Source of the DNA: Octopus vulgaris
Lineage: Eukaryota
Assembly: GCA_951406725.2 (NCBI GenBank)
Contig: OX597823.1
Span: 76,136,001-76,200,000, forward strand
Direction of reading: 5' to 3'
Length of the DNA: 64,000 nt
In this document: piece by piece, positions 1-14,065 of the stretch
Layout: each line of letters opens with the position of its first letter
How positions within the stretch are numbered: position 1 is the stretch's first letter
Translations under genes and position numbers: made by a program
Notes under the pieces: model-generated
The model's database searches: none
Seen by the model: only the letters and a program-made list of their open reading frames with translations
Told to the model about the DNA's origin: nothing

Positions 1-72
1 TACACTAAAATGTACACACATATATTTATATATATATGAGAAATTTAAGATAAGCACAAGTTAATATCATTA

Positions 73-169
73 GTTCCTACGTATGTATCGCCACTAATAT
101 TGCTTAGAAACCGGCATCGGGTGTATCAAGTACATATGGATGCTGGGTCAGAACAGATCATCAGGGAAC
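73..169 (-). ncRNA. Type-I hammerhead-like motif with long helix II (PLE terminus)
   Basis: Minus strand GTTCC-CTGATGA-(~70 nt)-GATA-CATACGT-A-GGAAC. Helix I GTTCC/GGAAC is perfect, CUGAUGA is canonical and GAAA reads GATA. Points toward the (TA)n at ~20-38. Confidence 0.55.
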
Positions 170-366
170 ACTTTATCGCATTAAGTTACAGAGAAATAAT
201 TGACATTAGTTCATCCTAAAATTCTCCTACATGTACGCTGTATTTCGTAATTAGTAATACTACTAAGTAGTTATTTAAATACTAAACTCGTAACATACTG
301 GAATATGATAATCTACGGGGAGCTCTAAACACAATACATCTATCGGTACATATATACATATATATA

Positions 367-399
<33 letters not shown>

Positions 400-403
400 A
401 TAC

Positions 404-805
404 CATCATCATCTTCATCATCATCATCATCAACAGCATTTAACACCCGTTGTCCATGCTGGCAGGGTTAGACGGTTTGACCAGAGCTGATAAGCTGAGG
501 GACTGCACCAGAATCCAGTCAGATGTGACATGGTTTCTACGGCTGGATGCCCTTCTTAACGCCAACTACTCTAAGGGTGTGTTACCGGCAAGGGAGGCAG
601 TTACGTGACACCAGTATCTTCCACGACTACGATTTCACTTGGCTTGACGGGTTTTCTCAAGCATAGCATATTGCCAGATGTCTCGGTCATTTGTCATGAC
701 TTCCGAGAGGCCCACCGGCACGGGTCCTAGTTACGCGATACCAGCATCGCCATTTTGCCTCTGTGAGGCCCTACGTTCGAAAGGTGCTTTTTACTTGACA
801 CCAAC
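404..805 (-). mobile_element. SINE-like retroposon, (GAT)n-tailed family
   Basis: (CAT)n followed by ...ccatgctggcagggttagacggtttga...ggctggatgcccttcttaacgccaac. Homologous to 8330-8457 and 11952-12272. Confidence 0.7.
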
Positions 806-810
806 AACAT

Positions 811-928
<118 letters not shown>

Positions 929-1262
929 TTTAGTTTCCATCTCTACTTCTGAAATGTAAACGGTTTCTTTCGGTATGTTGACTGTGAACTCACAATTATT
1001 ACTATATTTCGGCTTTTATCTTACATCTGTCTCCATATTTTCTGCCATTTCTTCATAATTCTTTGCTTTGATTTCAGATGTTTCAAATATTCCTTGTGCA
1101 ATAAACCAGACAGCCAACTGTAAACATTCATTTAAGTAAACGATGTAATTCGGAAAACAATGATTCAGTGTGCCTTTTTTTTTTGCTTTTTCTATAGTTC
1201 GTATGACAGCACAAGGGAATAATATACGCATTGTCATATATGCATCTACGTACATACATACG

Positions 1263-1555
1263 TGCATAGGCGTTGCTGTATGGTAAGAAGCTTGCTTCTA
1301 AACCACAAGATTCCAGATTCAGCCCCACTGCGTAGCACGTTGAGCAATTAACTTCTAGTATAGCTTCGGGTCGACTTAAGTGGTGTGAGTGGATTTGGTA
1401 CATAGAAACTAAAAGCCCGTCGTACAAGTGTATATGTGTATGCACGCGCGCGTGTGTGTTTAGTGTGCCTTTTCCTCTGTGTTTTCTCTAGTTCGCTTGA
1501 TAACCGGTGCTGGTGTGCTTAAGCCCCCATGCCTTAGCGATTCGACAAAACAATA
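1263..1555 (+). mobile_element. tRNA-head SINE family A, diverged and 3'-truncated
   Basis: tggtaagaagcttgct (A-box region) and gattcagcccc (B-box region), followed by gtgagtggatttggta...cccgtcgta. Matches 21429, 27790 and 62122. Confidence 0.75.
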
Positions 1556-2223
1556 AAATATACAATAAAGCAACACATTATGCCAGTACTGAGACATGGT
1601 TACTTCCATACCCACGCTTACGGTCCTTTGTGCACACACACACACTCGCTCGTGCGGACAGTTAAGTAGAGGTTATTAAACTGTCCAGCCTAAATCGTAT
1701 CCCGCTGTGAAGCAAGTCACCGCATCGTAGGTTTAGGCTGACTGAGTTAGGGTCCCCATTTTATCCTAAATCTCTTAGTCTCAGCTTGACAAATATATCA
1801 CAACATACGGCTACACATATACAAACATACTTATGTATATATGCATACGCACAGACACACACACACGTATATACAGGTACACATATACATGTATACACAC
1901 ATACGTGACATGCATACACACACAGGTAAACATACACACGTCCACCCACGCATATATATCTACGTGTTCACACAAACATATCACAACATACTCTTATATA
2001 TACACACATATAAACATACACACATACGAGCACATTCGCCTGCTCCTACTATATATGTCTGCTTTCGTCCTAGCGCTTATGCTACACCGCACATTTGCAT
2101 ATGTAGGAAGTCTCACATGCATAAACATGTAAAATCACCTAAATGCATCTATGTACGGATGTATGCATACATATCCATTTATACATGCATACGTACATGC
2201 ATACTTACATATATACATATGTC

Positions 2224-2263
<40 letters not shown>

Positions 2264-2599
2264 CCCACACATACACACACACACACACACATATATATAT
2301 ATGTGTGTGTGTGTATAGATATATATAAATCCACACACATACATTCACATATACACATCTATACATACACATACATGGATACATATACATATATTCACCC
2401 ACGTACATGTTTATATCACCGTTACATCCATGTTTATATCACCGTTTATTTGACATTGCTACATGTTCCGATGGGGTTATTCCTTTGGGCATGTCAGAAC
2501 AAACTAAGCAATCCAGTGAAACAATAAAACAGCGAAACAACACAAAATGAAGCAATATTAATACAGTAATAATTTTATGCACTTAGCATATGCGCTGTT

Positions 2600-3191
2600 C
2601 ATGCATATTGGTTCATAATTATATGTTTGTGTAGACCGTCATTATTTGCATTACTAATCTATAGGGGTTGACAGAATAAGCACTTTTTCGTGCAGCAATA
2701 CACTCCATGGAAAGCATCGTGGCCAATGTAGCGACATCCTGTTGTTGAGCGTATGTAAGGACAGACAGATGTGTAAGAACGGCAGTGAACAAATTGGTGC
2801 CATATGATGTAGTAGGTCCATGAATTATCTCAGTCATGTTATATCACAAAGTGTGTTCAAGTCGGAAGTCATGGTTTATTATCAGGAAATCTAGTTAATC
2901 CGTAGAAGCTAATTAGGTCTTTGTCTATAAAGTCGTAACGGAATCTGTCCCTCTCTGTTCCTATCTAACAGGTTAAAGATACTGTCACTGGCAACATGGT
3001 GTATTAAAATCGAACGAAGCAGAGTTTATACCCCTTATAACATCACTTGAGGAGAGCCATCTGCATCCAGGTATGCACCATAACCAGTTGTACAGTATCC
3101 CACTCGCGAGGAATCAATGCACGATACGTCGAAACGATCGTTGAAAGCAATGAAGTTTTCCGTGTATTCCATTTTCAGTGTCTCTATTATT

Positions 3192-3196
<5 letters not shown>
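2600..3196 (+). mobile_element. Decayed Penelope-like element, 3' part
   Basis: Fragmentary translations DRHYLHY*S (RT thumb YLHxxS), LFRAA and a Cys region followed by DTVTG. Ends in a hammerhead-like motif (TCAC-TTGAGGA...GAAACGATC-GTTGA, ~3044-3144) and then (TA)n. Confidence 0.45.
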
Positions 3197-3223
<27 letters not shown>

Positions 3224-4222
3224 TCTACCAGGAAATGGAATTCGTAGCTGATTCATAAGACGCTGCCGGACATGTTGCTAAACTGCACCAAAATTTCAGC
3301 TTCTTTGTAAGAGTTTTTCAAAGGGAAACAAAACCTAAAAATCTAAATGATTGTGGTTATTTAGGTATTCCTTGTACGTTAACGTTGTGCATTCAAAAGT
3401 ACTTATTCTATGTTTATACAAGGTACAGAAATGTGAGAAAGCAGATATTTCTGTAGAGGATCCGCAATGGGAGGAAGAAGATTATTAAGGAGTTTCATAT
3501 TTTAATTCATTTCCAACAATTAGATAAGGAAATTAATTTCCTGAACCAGATGATGACGACCTTATATCATTTTCCATTTAAATGGCCTCGTTTACAAGTG
3601 AAGCTGCGAAAGTGGCTCCACAGGGAATCTGAGAGCAATTTATGGTGAACAGTCGAACGTATTAAGTATTGAGTATGATAAGGCGTAAAATCGACAGATA
3701 TTGTCACTCCTTACTATTTTCAAATGAAGATACTAGTGCAGCAACAACTAAAGTTGAGTGGTAAATTTCCTAATAATTAAAATGTGCTGCAAACTTGAAA
3801 TATGATGCTAGCAATATGGAAGTACAATTCATAATAAGAAAAACCCAAAAGCATTTTTATTGTAATTTACAAGAATTCAGATATTAGCAGGGCTCCACGT
3901 ACACTTGATCAGACAAGGCGACATATATTTTCTTGACAGCAAGGTTAAGCGATGTCCATCAATAATCTAGGTAAAGGAAACCGTTCGAGTAGAAATTCAG
4001 ATGCTACACCTAACATATTGGAAGAAGTCAAGAAATATACTCTGAACAGGAGGTCAGTGTTAAGAAGTAGAAAAATCAAAGACATTTATATGATCTTAGA
4101 AGTCTTAACAAGTCGAAATAAATTCTAATTATTTATATAAAATGTCTCAGAAAATCAATAAAAAAAATATTCCAGTTTATTACAATTTTATTTCAGCCGT
4201 TCACATTTCAAAAACACTGCAC

Positions 4223-4306
<84 letters not shown>

Positions 4307-4978
4307 ACACATATATATACATACATACTTACGACATATCTTATACATGGTTATCAGTGTGCCTGTGTGAGTCTGTTTATATGAATATTAATATACAGGT
4401 GATTATATACACACGTATATAAATAATTACATTTCCTTTCCCGACAGTTCGATCAATAATAAAAACAAAGGTAAATTTAGATATTCTTGCAGAAAATTTT
4501 TCTATCCCAATTTGATCATTTCAATTCAAAATTGCATTCAAACATCAAAAATAGAATTCTGCATTTTTTTTCTTCTTTTTTTTTTTTCTTTTCCCTTGCT
4601 TGAAATAGTATTTCTCCCAACAATTGTGCTGTTACTAATAACTGCATTCGGAAAAGAAATAATTAAAATATAGAATGGTGCCAAATCTTTTGTCGGATTG
4701 ATTTGGAAGAAATTCAGTAAACGTATTTTTTTATCACTATAAGCATTCATGCAATTATCCCGACAAAATCTACTATCGACCCTTCCCATCATACATTTTT
4801 AAAAACCTACGTTTAAACTACGAGGACACGTTCTTCCATACATTGCCGATTACATTTCCTTGAATTTAAGCCGTAACTTAAGTGTAATAAGAATATCATA
4901 GTAAAACACTCGCGAATCTGATGTAGAATTGCTAAACGCTGAGATCTCCTCGACACACTGCTGGTATTTTATTATATA

Positions 4979-5202
4979 TATTTCTTTACTACCCACAAGG
5001 GGCTAAACATGGAAGGGACAAACAAAGACAGACAAAGGGATTAAGTCAATTACATCGACCCCAGTGCGAAACTGGTACTTTATTTATCGACCCCGAAAGT
5101 ATGGAAGGCAAAGTCAACCTCGGCGGAATTTGAACTCAGAACGTAACGACAAACGAAATACCGCTAAGCATTTTGCCCGGCGCGCTAACGTTTCTGCCAG
5201 CT
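4979..5202 (-). mobile_element. tRNA-head SINE family B
   Basis: tttctttactacccacaaggggctaaac...cgaccccgaaag...ggcaaagtcaacctcggcggaatttgaactc...ctgccagct. Matches 17983, 22931 and 27166. Confidence 0.85.
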
Positions 5203-5343
5203 TTCTAACAGATAATCACCAAAATCTTGGGAGGATTCAGTGATCTGTTCTCCACCATGTTAGGCCTATTCTAGTCTCCTGATTTCTATACTTTAATTTT
5301 TCTATTCGTATTTTGTTATACACCCGAATTTATCAATTCCTAG

Positions 5344-5693
<350 letters not shown>

Positions 5694-6187
5694 CTGTTTA
5701 TCAGTTTCTTTATGGTTTATTATTTGTAATACATTTATCGATTCTTTCTGCGTTTCTCTCCCAATAATTTCATTTTTCATTCTTTCGTCTATATAAATAC
5801 GTTTGAAATAGCGGTTATATCGTCATCCAAAAAGATCTTTTACAACTTTATCCAATCAAAGACTATCGTAATATTCAAACTTCTTCACAGTATGTCTATT
5901 AAATACCGTTTTATGTCCCACATTTCCTAATCGTTCGAAAGTCCAATTATCAATTTATGAAGTTTCGATCGCCAATAAAATATATTAGGTAAATTTTATT
6001 TCATTATTGATTAATTACTTTCCGGTCTCTCATTCACACTTCAGAATTTACATTTATATAAAAAGACGAATTAGACACTTATATTCAGATGTATGTATGT
6101 ATGCATTTTTGTATGTATGTATGTATGTATGTATGTATGTATTTATGTATACAGATGCGTACGCACACATACATACACACACAAATA

Positions 6188-6900
6188 TTAGGTTGGAAAA
6201 AATGTCCAATCGTATTTCGGACATGATCGTTTTTAGGGCGACTTTTTTCAATACTACGGTAAAATAGGCATTAATTTTTTATATCCTATCGTCCTTTTCT
6301 TTCCTTGCAGATTACGTTATATTAAATTCATATCCATTTTCTTTTAAAATTAAGTTTAGATCAGACCTATATTAGACGCCGTATGCTGTATGAATTCAAA
6401 ATGGGCTCTTTAAGAATAGAAGAGGTAAGAAATATTTGTTCTGTCTATGGAAATGTATCTTCAAGTGTCTGGACATACTAACGATGCTTTGGGTAGTTTC
6501 TCTCCAAGAAGTTTCCCTTCAATATGGGTAGCTAAGTTGTGTCAGCATTGAGCCTCCTAAATCAAGCTGCGCGGGTATTAGCAAAACAGTCCAGTTCAAC
6601 TAACACTTCGATCACAGAATCTCTCAGGAACTAGGAAATGCATCTAAACTTTGTCGGTGGATTCTTCATCAACTGACTGCATCCGAGCTTAATCAAAGAG
6701 ACGCTCTCTGCTACAAACACTCAGGTAAAGATTGTGGCAAGAAAGATATAAATTCTTTCCTCCTTCTCCTCCTCTTCACTCTCCTGACCTTGCACCATCT
6801 ATCATGCTTTCAAATCATTGCAACATTATTTAGAGGGAAATCTGTTTATCAAATGTGAAGAGTCCAAACGTGATATTCAGGGTTTCTTTGATTCGAAACT
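6188..6900 (+). mobile_element. Mariner transposon fossil, internally deleted, 3' TIR missing
   Basis: TA followed by a ttaggttgg... TIR. Translated fragments IRRRMLYEFKMG, RWILHQL (WVPHEL-like), HSPDLAPS (YSPDLAP) and FKSLQHYLEG. Confidence 0.75.
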
Positions 6901-7444
6901 TGACGAATGATGAACAATTATCTGAACTTTTGAGTATTAAGACCAAGGACGCATTTATTCTTATCTGTCTTGAAACGAGACAGGAAAAATTGAGAATCAG
7001 GAGAGCAGATGAGATGTCCATAGTTACTTCTCACCTAAAGGTATAAATCCTGAAAATTTATATTGTAATGTGACTGAGATGGAGAAGAATTCGCGCAATC
7101 CCTCGCATTGGTTCAATCTGGACATGAAGTGAAACATCTTGAGAATTGCTATTGAAACCACACATGTAAAAATAATAGAGCATATAGGTATTCCCTTACG
7201 GCGGTTTCTGGGAATTGATGTTCAGTAAGAACAATAAAATGCCTTGTATATTTATACACAAAAAGTACGCTAATAATAGTGATTGCATATGAATCAACAC
7301 AAATTTTGAATTAGGTTATCAAGTACGACCGATCGCGAAAAGGAAATATGGTTCAAGTAACGAAGATCTTACTTTTTTTGTTTTTCTAGTTTCAGCTCAG
7401 AGCTGCGGCTATGCTGATGCACCGCCGTTTGTATATTTATAACT

Positions 7445-7852
7445 CTCTTTAATCTTTTACCTGTTTCAGTCATTTGACTGCGGCCATGCTGGAGCACCGC
7501 CTATAATCGAGCAACTCGACCAGGGACTTATTCTTTTGTAAGCCCAGTACTTATTCTATCGGTCTCTTTTGCCGAACCGCTAAGTAACGGGGACATAAAC
7601 ACACCAGCATCGGTTGTCAAGCAATGCTAGCGGGACAAACACAGACGCACAAACACACATACGCATATATATATATATACATATATACGACGGGCTTCTT
7701 TCAGTTTCCGTCTACCAAATCCACTCACAAGGCTTTGGTCGGCCCGAGACTATAGAAGAAGACACTTGCCTAAGGTGCCACGCAGTGGGACTGAACCCGG
7801 AACCATGTGGTTGGTAAACAAGCTACTTACCACACAGCCACTCTGTTATAAC
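7445..7852 (-). mobile_element. SINE family A, near full length, 15-bp TSD
   Basis: Full body with internal (TA)/(TG) tract. TSD tgtatatttataact at 7430-7444 and 7853-7867. Confidence 0.9.
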
Positions 7853-8329
7853 TGTATATTTATAACTAGAAATAAAATGAACACTAATTAGAGAATATGG
7901 TTCTTCAAACAAATCACTTCATGAAAGGGAATGAAAGTGTTTCATCATATCACTCAGACAAATTCCCTGACGCATACTCACGTACTCACAATCGCCCGCG
8001 TACAAACATACATACATATATAAATACAGATATGCATCATGCATACATATGTAAGTAATTAATCTAACCAGCTCACTAGAATTTACAACTTTCATCTCTC
8101 ACCCTATGCTTCAAACCATGTAGGTCTGCAACGGGACTGGGTTGTCATCTGCAATGTCATGGACGGAAGTTAGAAAAAACTATTAACAACTAGGAAACCC
8201 AGAGTACCGGCAAACATCTGTTAAGATGGGGCAAGACCTGTGTGTCGATGACCATATCTCAGCTTCAGAGGCTTAAGTACATGGTATAGGAGACAAAATA
8301 TCCGAGAATAGTAGTTTCCATAGCTCTGT

Positions 8330-8457
8330 GTCAGAAACACTGCCAGATCTGACTGGACTGGTGCAGCTTTCGGGCTCCCCAGACCCCAGTTGAACCGTCC
8401 AACCCATGCTAGCATGGAAAGCGGACGTTAACTGAGGATGATGATGATGATGATGAT
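8330..8457 (+). mobile_element. 3' end of (GAT)n-tailed SINE-like family
   Basis: gaaacactgccagatc...ccgtccaacccatgctagcatggaaagcggacgttaa followed by (GAT)n. Confidence 0.75.
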
Positions 8458-8465
8458 ATATATAA

Positions 8466-8625
8466 GTGCAGGTGTGGCTATTTCGTTCAGAAGCTCGATT
8501 TGCAACCAGACTTCGGATTCATTCCCATTGTGCGACATTTAAGGAGTGTGACTTCTGCTAAAGCCCCATGACGATTAATGCCTTGAGGGTAAATTTAGCA
8601 CGCCGAAACTGTGAGGAAGGGTCAA
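8466..8625 (+). mobile_element. SINE family A, degenerate 5' half
   Basis: gtgcaggtgtggct...gattcattcccattgtgcg...gccttgagggtaaatttag...gaaactg. Confidence 0.55.
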
Positions 8626-8628
8626 TCA

Positions 8629-8684
<56 letters not shown>

Positions 8685-8691
8685 TTCTCTA

Positions 8692-8738
<47 letters not shown>

Positions 8739-10763
8739 ATATATATTAAGAGAGAGTGAAGAAAGTGAGAGATAGTGGGAGAGAGAGAATGAGGAAAGTG
8801 AGAGAGAGAGAGGGAGAAGGAGGGAGGGAGGGAGTTTTAGGCACGTAGATGGTGATAGCCAGATTGATAAATAGAGAATGGTTAGTGTTTGTACATTCGT
8901 TGAGCCTGAATTTTAGGAACCTGCATGCAAGCATCTAAAGTTGTAGATAATAAAAGAAGTAAATACTGCTATACATGAAATATTTTATGGTTGGAAATAT
9001 GTTCGTATGTATTCGTGTAAGAAGTATGGTTTTATTTTTTTCACTATATCTTCAACTACATAAAATTTGGAATGAAAACGGAATATGAGAGAAAGGGTAT
9101 TGTGAATAAAATCCTAAATTAGATTAATAAATTGAAACAAGTTTATAAATCATGAAAAATAAAGTAATATTGTGAAAAGATGGCTACGTGCTTTTTCAAT
9201 TGGTGGCACAGATGGAAACAATGGCAGATGACGTGATTGTTGGTATGATGCAGTTGTAAAGAGCGCAGCTGACGCGAAAGAAATATATGGCGGTATTTGA
9301 ATGATTATATTACTTTTAGGTACTGTGTGGGCGAACGAAAAATATTGCGTGCAAAAATAGTAAGAAAGGTTTGTGAAGATTAATAGGTAAACAAAAGTAC
9401 AATGATTGTATAAATGTATGTTTATTTCTGTATAACCAACGGTATTGTGAAACATAGAGGAAGCTTCGTAGTTATATAGAAGCGAAAGATTTGTTCAAAG
9501 TAAAACTAAAGATAGACCTTATATATGTATGATTAAAAGTACAGAGTCTAGCAGTCACGTAATACGAGATGAAGCTAATTCATATTTTCATAAACTATCT
9601 ATTCTTTTATTCGTTAATTCTGTCACTCAATTAAGTACTTTACAAATCTATTTTGTAGAGTTCAATGTATGTGCTTATAAAAATTTGTACATTTATTTTT
9701 AATACTCTAGGATACGAAATATAATTGCTGCGGGATACTATGCTGGAGAAAAAATATTCCGCTGTAGTTTTTGTATGCAGAAGCACATGCAGTCGAAATG
9801 GAGATAACATCAGCGATCTACCACACGCAGCGATTTACATTCATCATATGAAATTGGACTAGATGTGCTTTTATACACAAAATATACGCAGAGAAAATTT
9901 TCCTCCCCACAGCTAATGCCTTTCACGTTTTAATATGTAAAACATGCTGAAAATAATGAGCACATCTTTATTTGAACACACGATTCTTCGTAAGCTTATA
10001 CTAAATTATTATCTACATAAGCTTACTTCTAAATTAATTTGTCTTTTTTTTCTGTGTATTTTGACCCTGCTGTTCGTGTGTTTATACAACATATATATAT
10101 ATATGTGTGTGTGTGTGTGAGTACGTGTGTGTGCGTGTGTGTGTGTGTGCATTAACCAACTATTGTTTTTCTCCCTTTTCTTATTTGCACTATATATATA
10201 TATATATATCTCTATATATAAAACTGAAATGCGTTTTTACCGCTTGGTTCGCTTTCAATGCCACTACATCCCGTCCGATTCGCTCCAAAATTTACAGGGA
10301 CGTGTAGAATGAGGTGACGATGCGCGTGGGCTACCTTAGAAATCCCTATCTTAAAAGGTGTGGTTGCTAGGGGCCATCTTCCTACCTCACCCTATTTCCT
10401 CCAGTACTCTGTCACTCCTCTTCATTTGACAATGCAACTACCGTTATTTAATGTAAAGTCTTCCTCAAATCACTCTGTAGCTATTTACTCTCTTCCAAGA
10501 ACATTTTCACTCACTCTATCTCTTACCTTCCTATACATTTTACTCATGTATCTCTCAGCGTTCATGGACAGTAACAAATATTACTCGCCATCCCCATCGC
10601 CATCGCATTCTATTATCTACCTGTCAACACACACACACACACACACACGCACATATATTCATATATCTAATATTATATTTTTATTTTTATGTTTTTGTTT
10701 TTGGTTTTTTACTGTTTCATTTCCCTATTAGTGGTTTTATCTCTAATTTAATTTCTACAGCGT

Positions 10764-10821
<58 letters not shown>

Positions 10822-11063
10822 TATGTAGCCCCAGTACACCCGAATGAAATCTGGTTCTCTTCATCAAAATGTGAAAAGGGCTCTACAATTATCATCGCCA
10901 CAACTTATGTATGTCTTCCTCACTCACTCTTTTTCCTAATGATAATTATCATCGCCACCACCAACACCACCAACACACAATATGGACAATCTTTCTCTTA
11001 TAACAAATCATGTTTACAATGCAACGACGTCTGCCACCTCCGCCGTCTCTATTTATTCTGCAA

Positions 11064-11259
11064 ATGACCAGAACTCGGGAAACTTAGTTTAGTGTTCTAT
11101 GGTCTATGACCAGAACTCAGGAAACTTGGTTGAGTGTTCTATGGTCTATGACCAGAACTCGGGAAACTTGCTTGACTGTTCTATGGTCTATGACCAGAAA
11201 TCGGGAAACTTGGTTGATTGTTCTATGGTCTATGACCAGAACTTGGGAAACTTGGTTGT
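11064..11259. repeat. 42-bp minisatellite, ~4.7 copies
   Basis: Unit atgaccagaactcgggaaacttggttgagtgttctatggtct starting at 11064, 11106, 11148, 11190 and 11232. Confidence 0.95.
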
Positions 11260-11951
11260 GTCCTCATCTTATAAAATGTGGCCCCAGTAGACCCAAATTA
11301 AATCGGGTTATATTAACCAAAAGGTGAAAAGGGGGTATAAATGGGGCTGGAAGGGGATTAAAATTTAAAGGAGCGGGTGTTTAGCAATTCTCTGTTACAT
11401 CAAGCTAAAAAATTTGCTCCAGCCTTTTAATCGTCAATGTGTTGCCGTCCATGATGAAGAAGTTTTCAATGCTTGCCATCGTGAGTCTACTGTCGTGAGA
11501 AAGAATCAAGTCAAAACTTGGTTTTTAGGGATTTTCTTTTACATCAAGTTCAAACTTTTACGCCAGCCGTTGAACTGTCAATACGTTGCTGTCCGTCGTT
11601 AAGAAATGCCAGCCATGGTGACTCTACTATCCTCAAATTCTATCCCTTCAAACTTTGGTTTCCAATATTTTATTATTTTTATTCAGCTCGCAAGTTCGTC
11701 TGTCCCTTTTAAATGTTAGTGATTTGCTGTCTGTCTTGAAGCAGACCTTTCCTTTGTAACTGTCTGATATTTATGATTGATCTTTCTAAATATTTTATTT
11801 CTCAACTTACTCAAGATCTTCTGTTGTTTATAAATGGGAGAGAGATACATAAAGATAGAGAGTAAGAGAAAGCGAGGGAGAGTCCGAGAGAAAGGAAGAG
11901 TAAGAGAGTGGGAAAGTGAGAGAGAAAGGAGAAAGAAACAAAGAGGGAGAA

Positions 11952-12272
11952 TCATCATCATCATCATCATCATCATCGTTTAACGTCCGTTTTCCGTGCT
12001 AGCACGGGTTGGACAGTTTGACAGGGGTCTGGGAAGCCAGGAGGCTGCACCAGGCTCCAGTCTGATCTGGCAGTGTTTCGACAGGTGGATGCCCTTCCTA
12101 ACGCCAACCACTCTGTGAGCGTAGTGGGTGCTTTTTTCGTGCCGCCTGCACAGGTGCCAGGAGGGCTGGCAGCGGCCACGATCGGTTGGTGCTTTTTACG
12201 TGCCACCAGCACAGAAGCCAGTCAAGGCGGCGCTGCAATCCGCCACGTTCGGATGGTGCTTTTTACGTGCTG
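11952..12272 (-). mobile_element. (GAT)n-tailed SINE-like element nested in the Helitron
   Basis: (CAT)n-gtttaacgtccgttttccgtgctagcacgggttgg...ggatgcccttcctaacgccaacca, with repeated gtgctttttacgtgc modules. Confidence 0.8.
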
Positions 12273-13577
12273 AAAGGAAGCAACAGAAAGTAACAACCAC
12301 ACTCTTACCCGCGCGTAGAGCGGGTCACCTTCAGCTAGTATATATATATAAAAGAGTGTACCCAGATCTATACACTAGTTGCCAGATGCGGTTAGGAATG
12401 ACATTTATTTCTTCAATACTTCAAATTATTATTACTGATAAAACCTTCACACGAATTTCTTACTATAGGATATAGATCCTGAAGTTAGTAGTTGTGTAAA
12501 TACTATTCATATATGTTTATATATACATATGCCTGGAGAATAATTATTGCAGAAAGAGGAATTATTTCTCATTCTCTCGAAAGTTTATCAAATTCTTTTG
12601 GCGTGAACACGCACACCTGCCCTAACCACATGTACACCACTACACAAACATCCATACACAAGTGGTTACACACTTCACACGCCATTACACACACGCCCTC
12701 AAACACCTTCCCACTCCACACACATTAGCACCGAACACTTTTAAGCATCCACACCACACACCATATCAACACATCCATACATACACCATTATCCACAAAC
12801 CCACACGGATATCTTCAATAGCGTCACCACACATACCACTATACGACCAGCCCCACGCATTGTCTAACTCAGTACACACACCACATACCATTATGTACAA
12901 TCACACGCCCACAAAAGCACATAGTACCTAAACACAAGTAATATATACACACACGGGCGAAAAAGCACGCGCATAAATACACGCAACACGCAGAGACACA
13001 GATAGATTTAGCCCACAAACATACACTATACATATGCTCGCTGTTTGGCCAAAGACATACACACATACACACATAGACACACCAGCTGAACAAGCACACA
13101 TCAACTGCAACACACACACACAGAGGTTAGCCTCACACATATACACACGTCTATACACATACTAGCACATATACACACTCCATACGCACACACACACAAA
13201 CACTCGCCCTCTCATACGTACTCACACACTGGCTCAGATTCACATATATATACTCACACGCACACACCATTCACACATACACAAACGTACTTGCGCACCT
13301 TAGTTTTTGTGATCTCCGTTAACGCTATATTATTATTATTATTAATATTATTATTATTATCATTATTATTATTACATTTTTTTTCTTTTCCCTCCTCTCC
13401 TTTCCTTTCCTTCTCTATTTTACTTCTTTTACTTAACATGATACATTTTGATCTTATTTGATCGACTTAAGGTCGAAGTGATGAGATCCGTCTCCCGAGT
13501 CTGTTTTAGACACTGAGGGGAAGTTAAATGGAAATAATGTAGTTTAGAATGGATTATTATTATTATTATTATCATTA

Positions 13578-13621
<44 letters not shown>

Positions 13622-13786
13622 ATTAATATTATTATTATTATTATAATTGTGTTGTTATTGTTGTTGTTGTTATCTTTCTGTCATTCAGCCACTTTTTTCT
13701 AGTCGTCTCTGCATGTTGGGCCGTTGGACACTGCACATTTTTCACTCCCCGTTCTTTTCATCTTTCTTCATTTTTTCCCTCTTAAT

Positions 13787-13824
13787 CCTGTCTGCCGAAG
13801 AGCGTAGGCTTGAAACGTAACAAG
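13787..13824 (+). ncRNA. Minimal hammerhead-like motif (PLE terminus)
   Basis: CCTGT-CTGCCGA-A-GAGC-GTAG-GCTT-GAA-ACGT-A-ACAAG. Helix II GAGC/GCTT, palindromic ACGT helix III, core A6 substituted. Confidence 0.55.
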
Positions 13825-13917
13825 CTTTTCCATTCTTCCCGAGCGTTAAAATAAAATAATACACTTGCTTGTTGTTCCTACGCATGCCTTCGTTTATTGT
13901 TTCCTATAAATTTGAAC

Positions 13918-13968
<51 letters not shown>

Positions 13969-14065
13969 CGGGAAGCTTTATGAAAATAAACAAAAGACGA
14001 AGGCAGGTGGAAAACAAACGAACAATTGTATTAGTATGGCGCTCAGGAAATATAAATAAAACAAG

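Larger units (their letters stand above)
10209..12338 (+). mobile_element. Non-autonomous Helitron-like element carrying a minisatellite and a nested SINE
   Basis: 5' A|TCTCTATATATAAAACTGAA. 3' hairpin cccgc-gcgtaga-gcggg (12308-12324), then CTAG|T ~10 nt later. A/T junction without TSD. Assigning both ends to one element is inferred. Confidence 0.6.

Noticed and set aside
224-325. Second tandem hammerhead (minus strand CTCC...GAAATAC...GTA-GGAG)
   Set aside because: Helix I and GAAA are present but the CUGANGA box is too degraded to call.
11064-11259. 42-bp repeats as a CRISPR array or repeat protein
   Set aside because: The units are contiguous with no unique spacers, the context is eukaryotic with no cas genes, and the open frames follow from a unit length divisible by 3.
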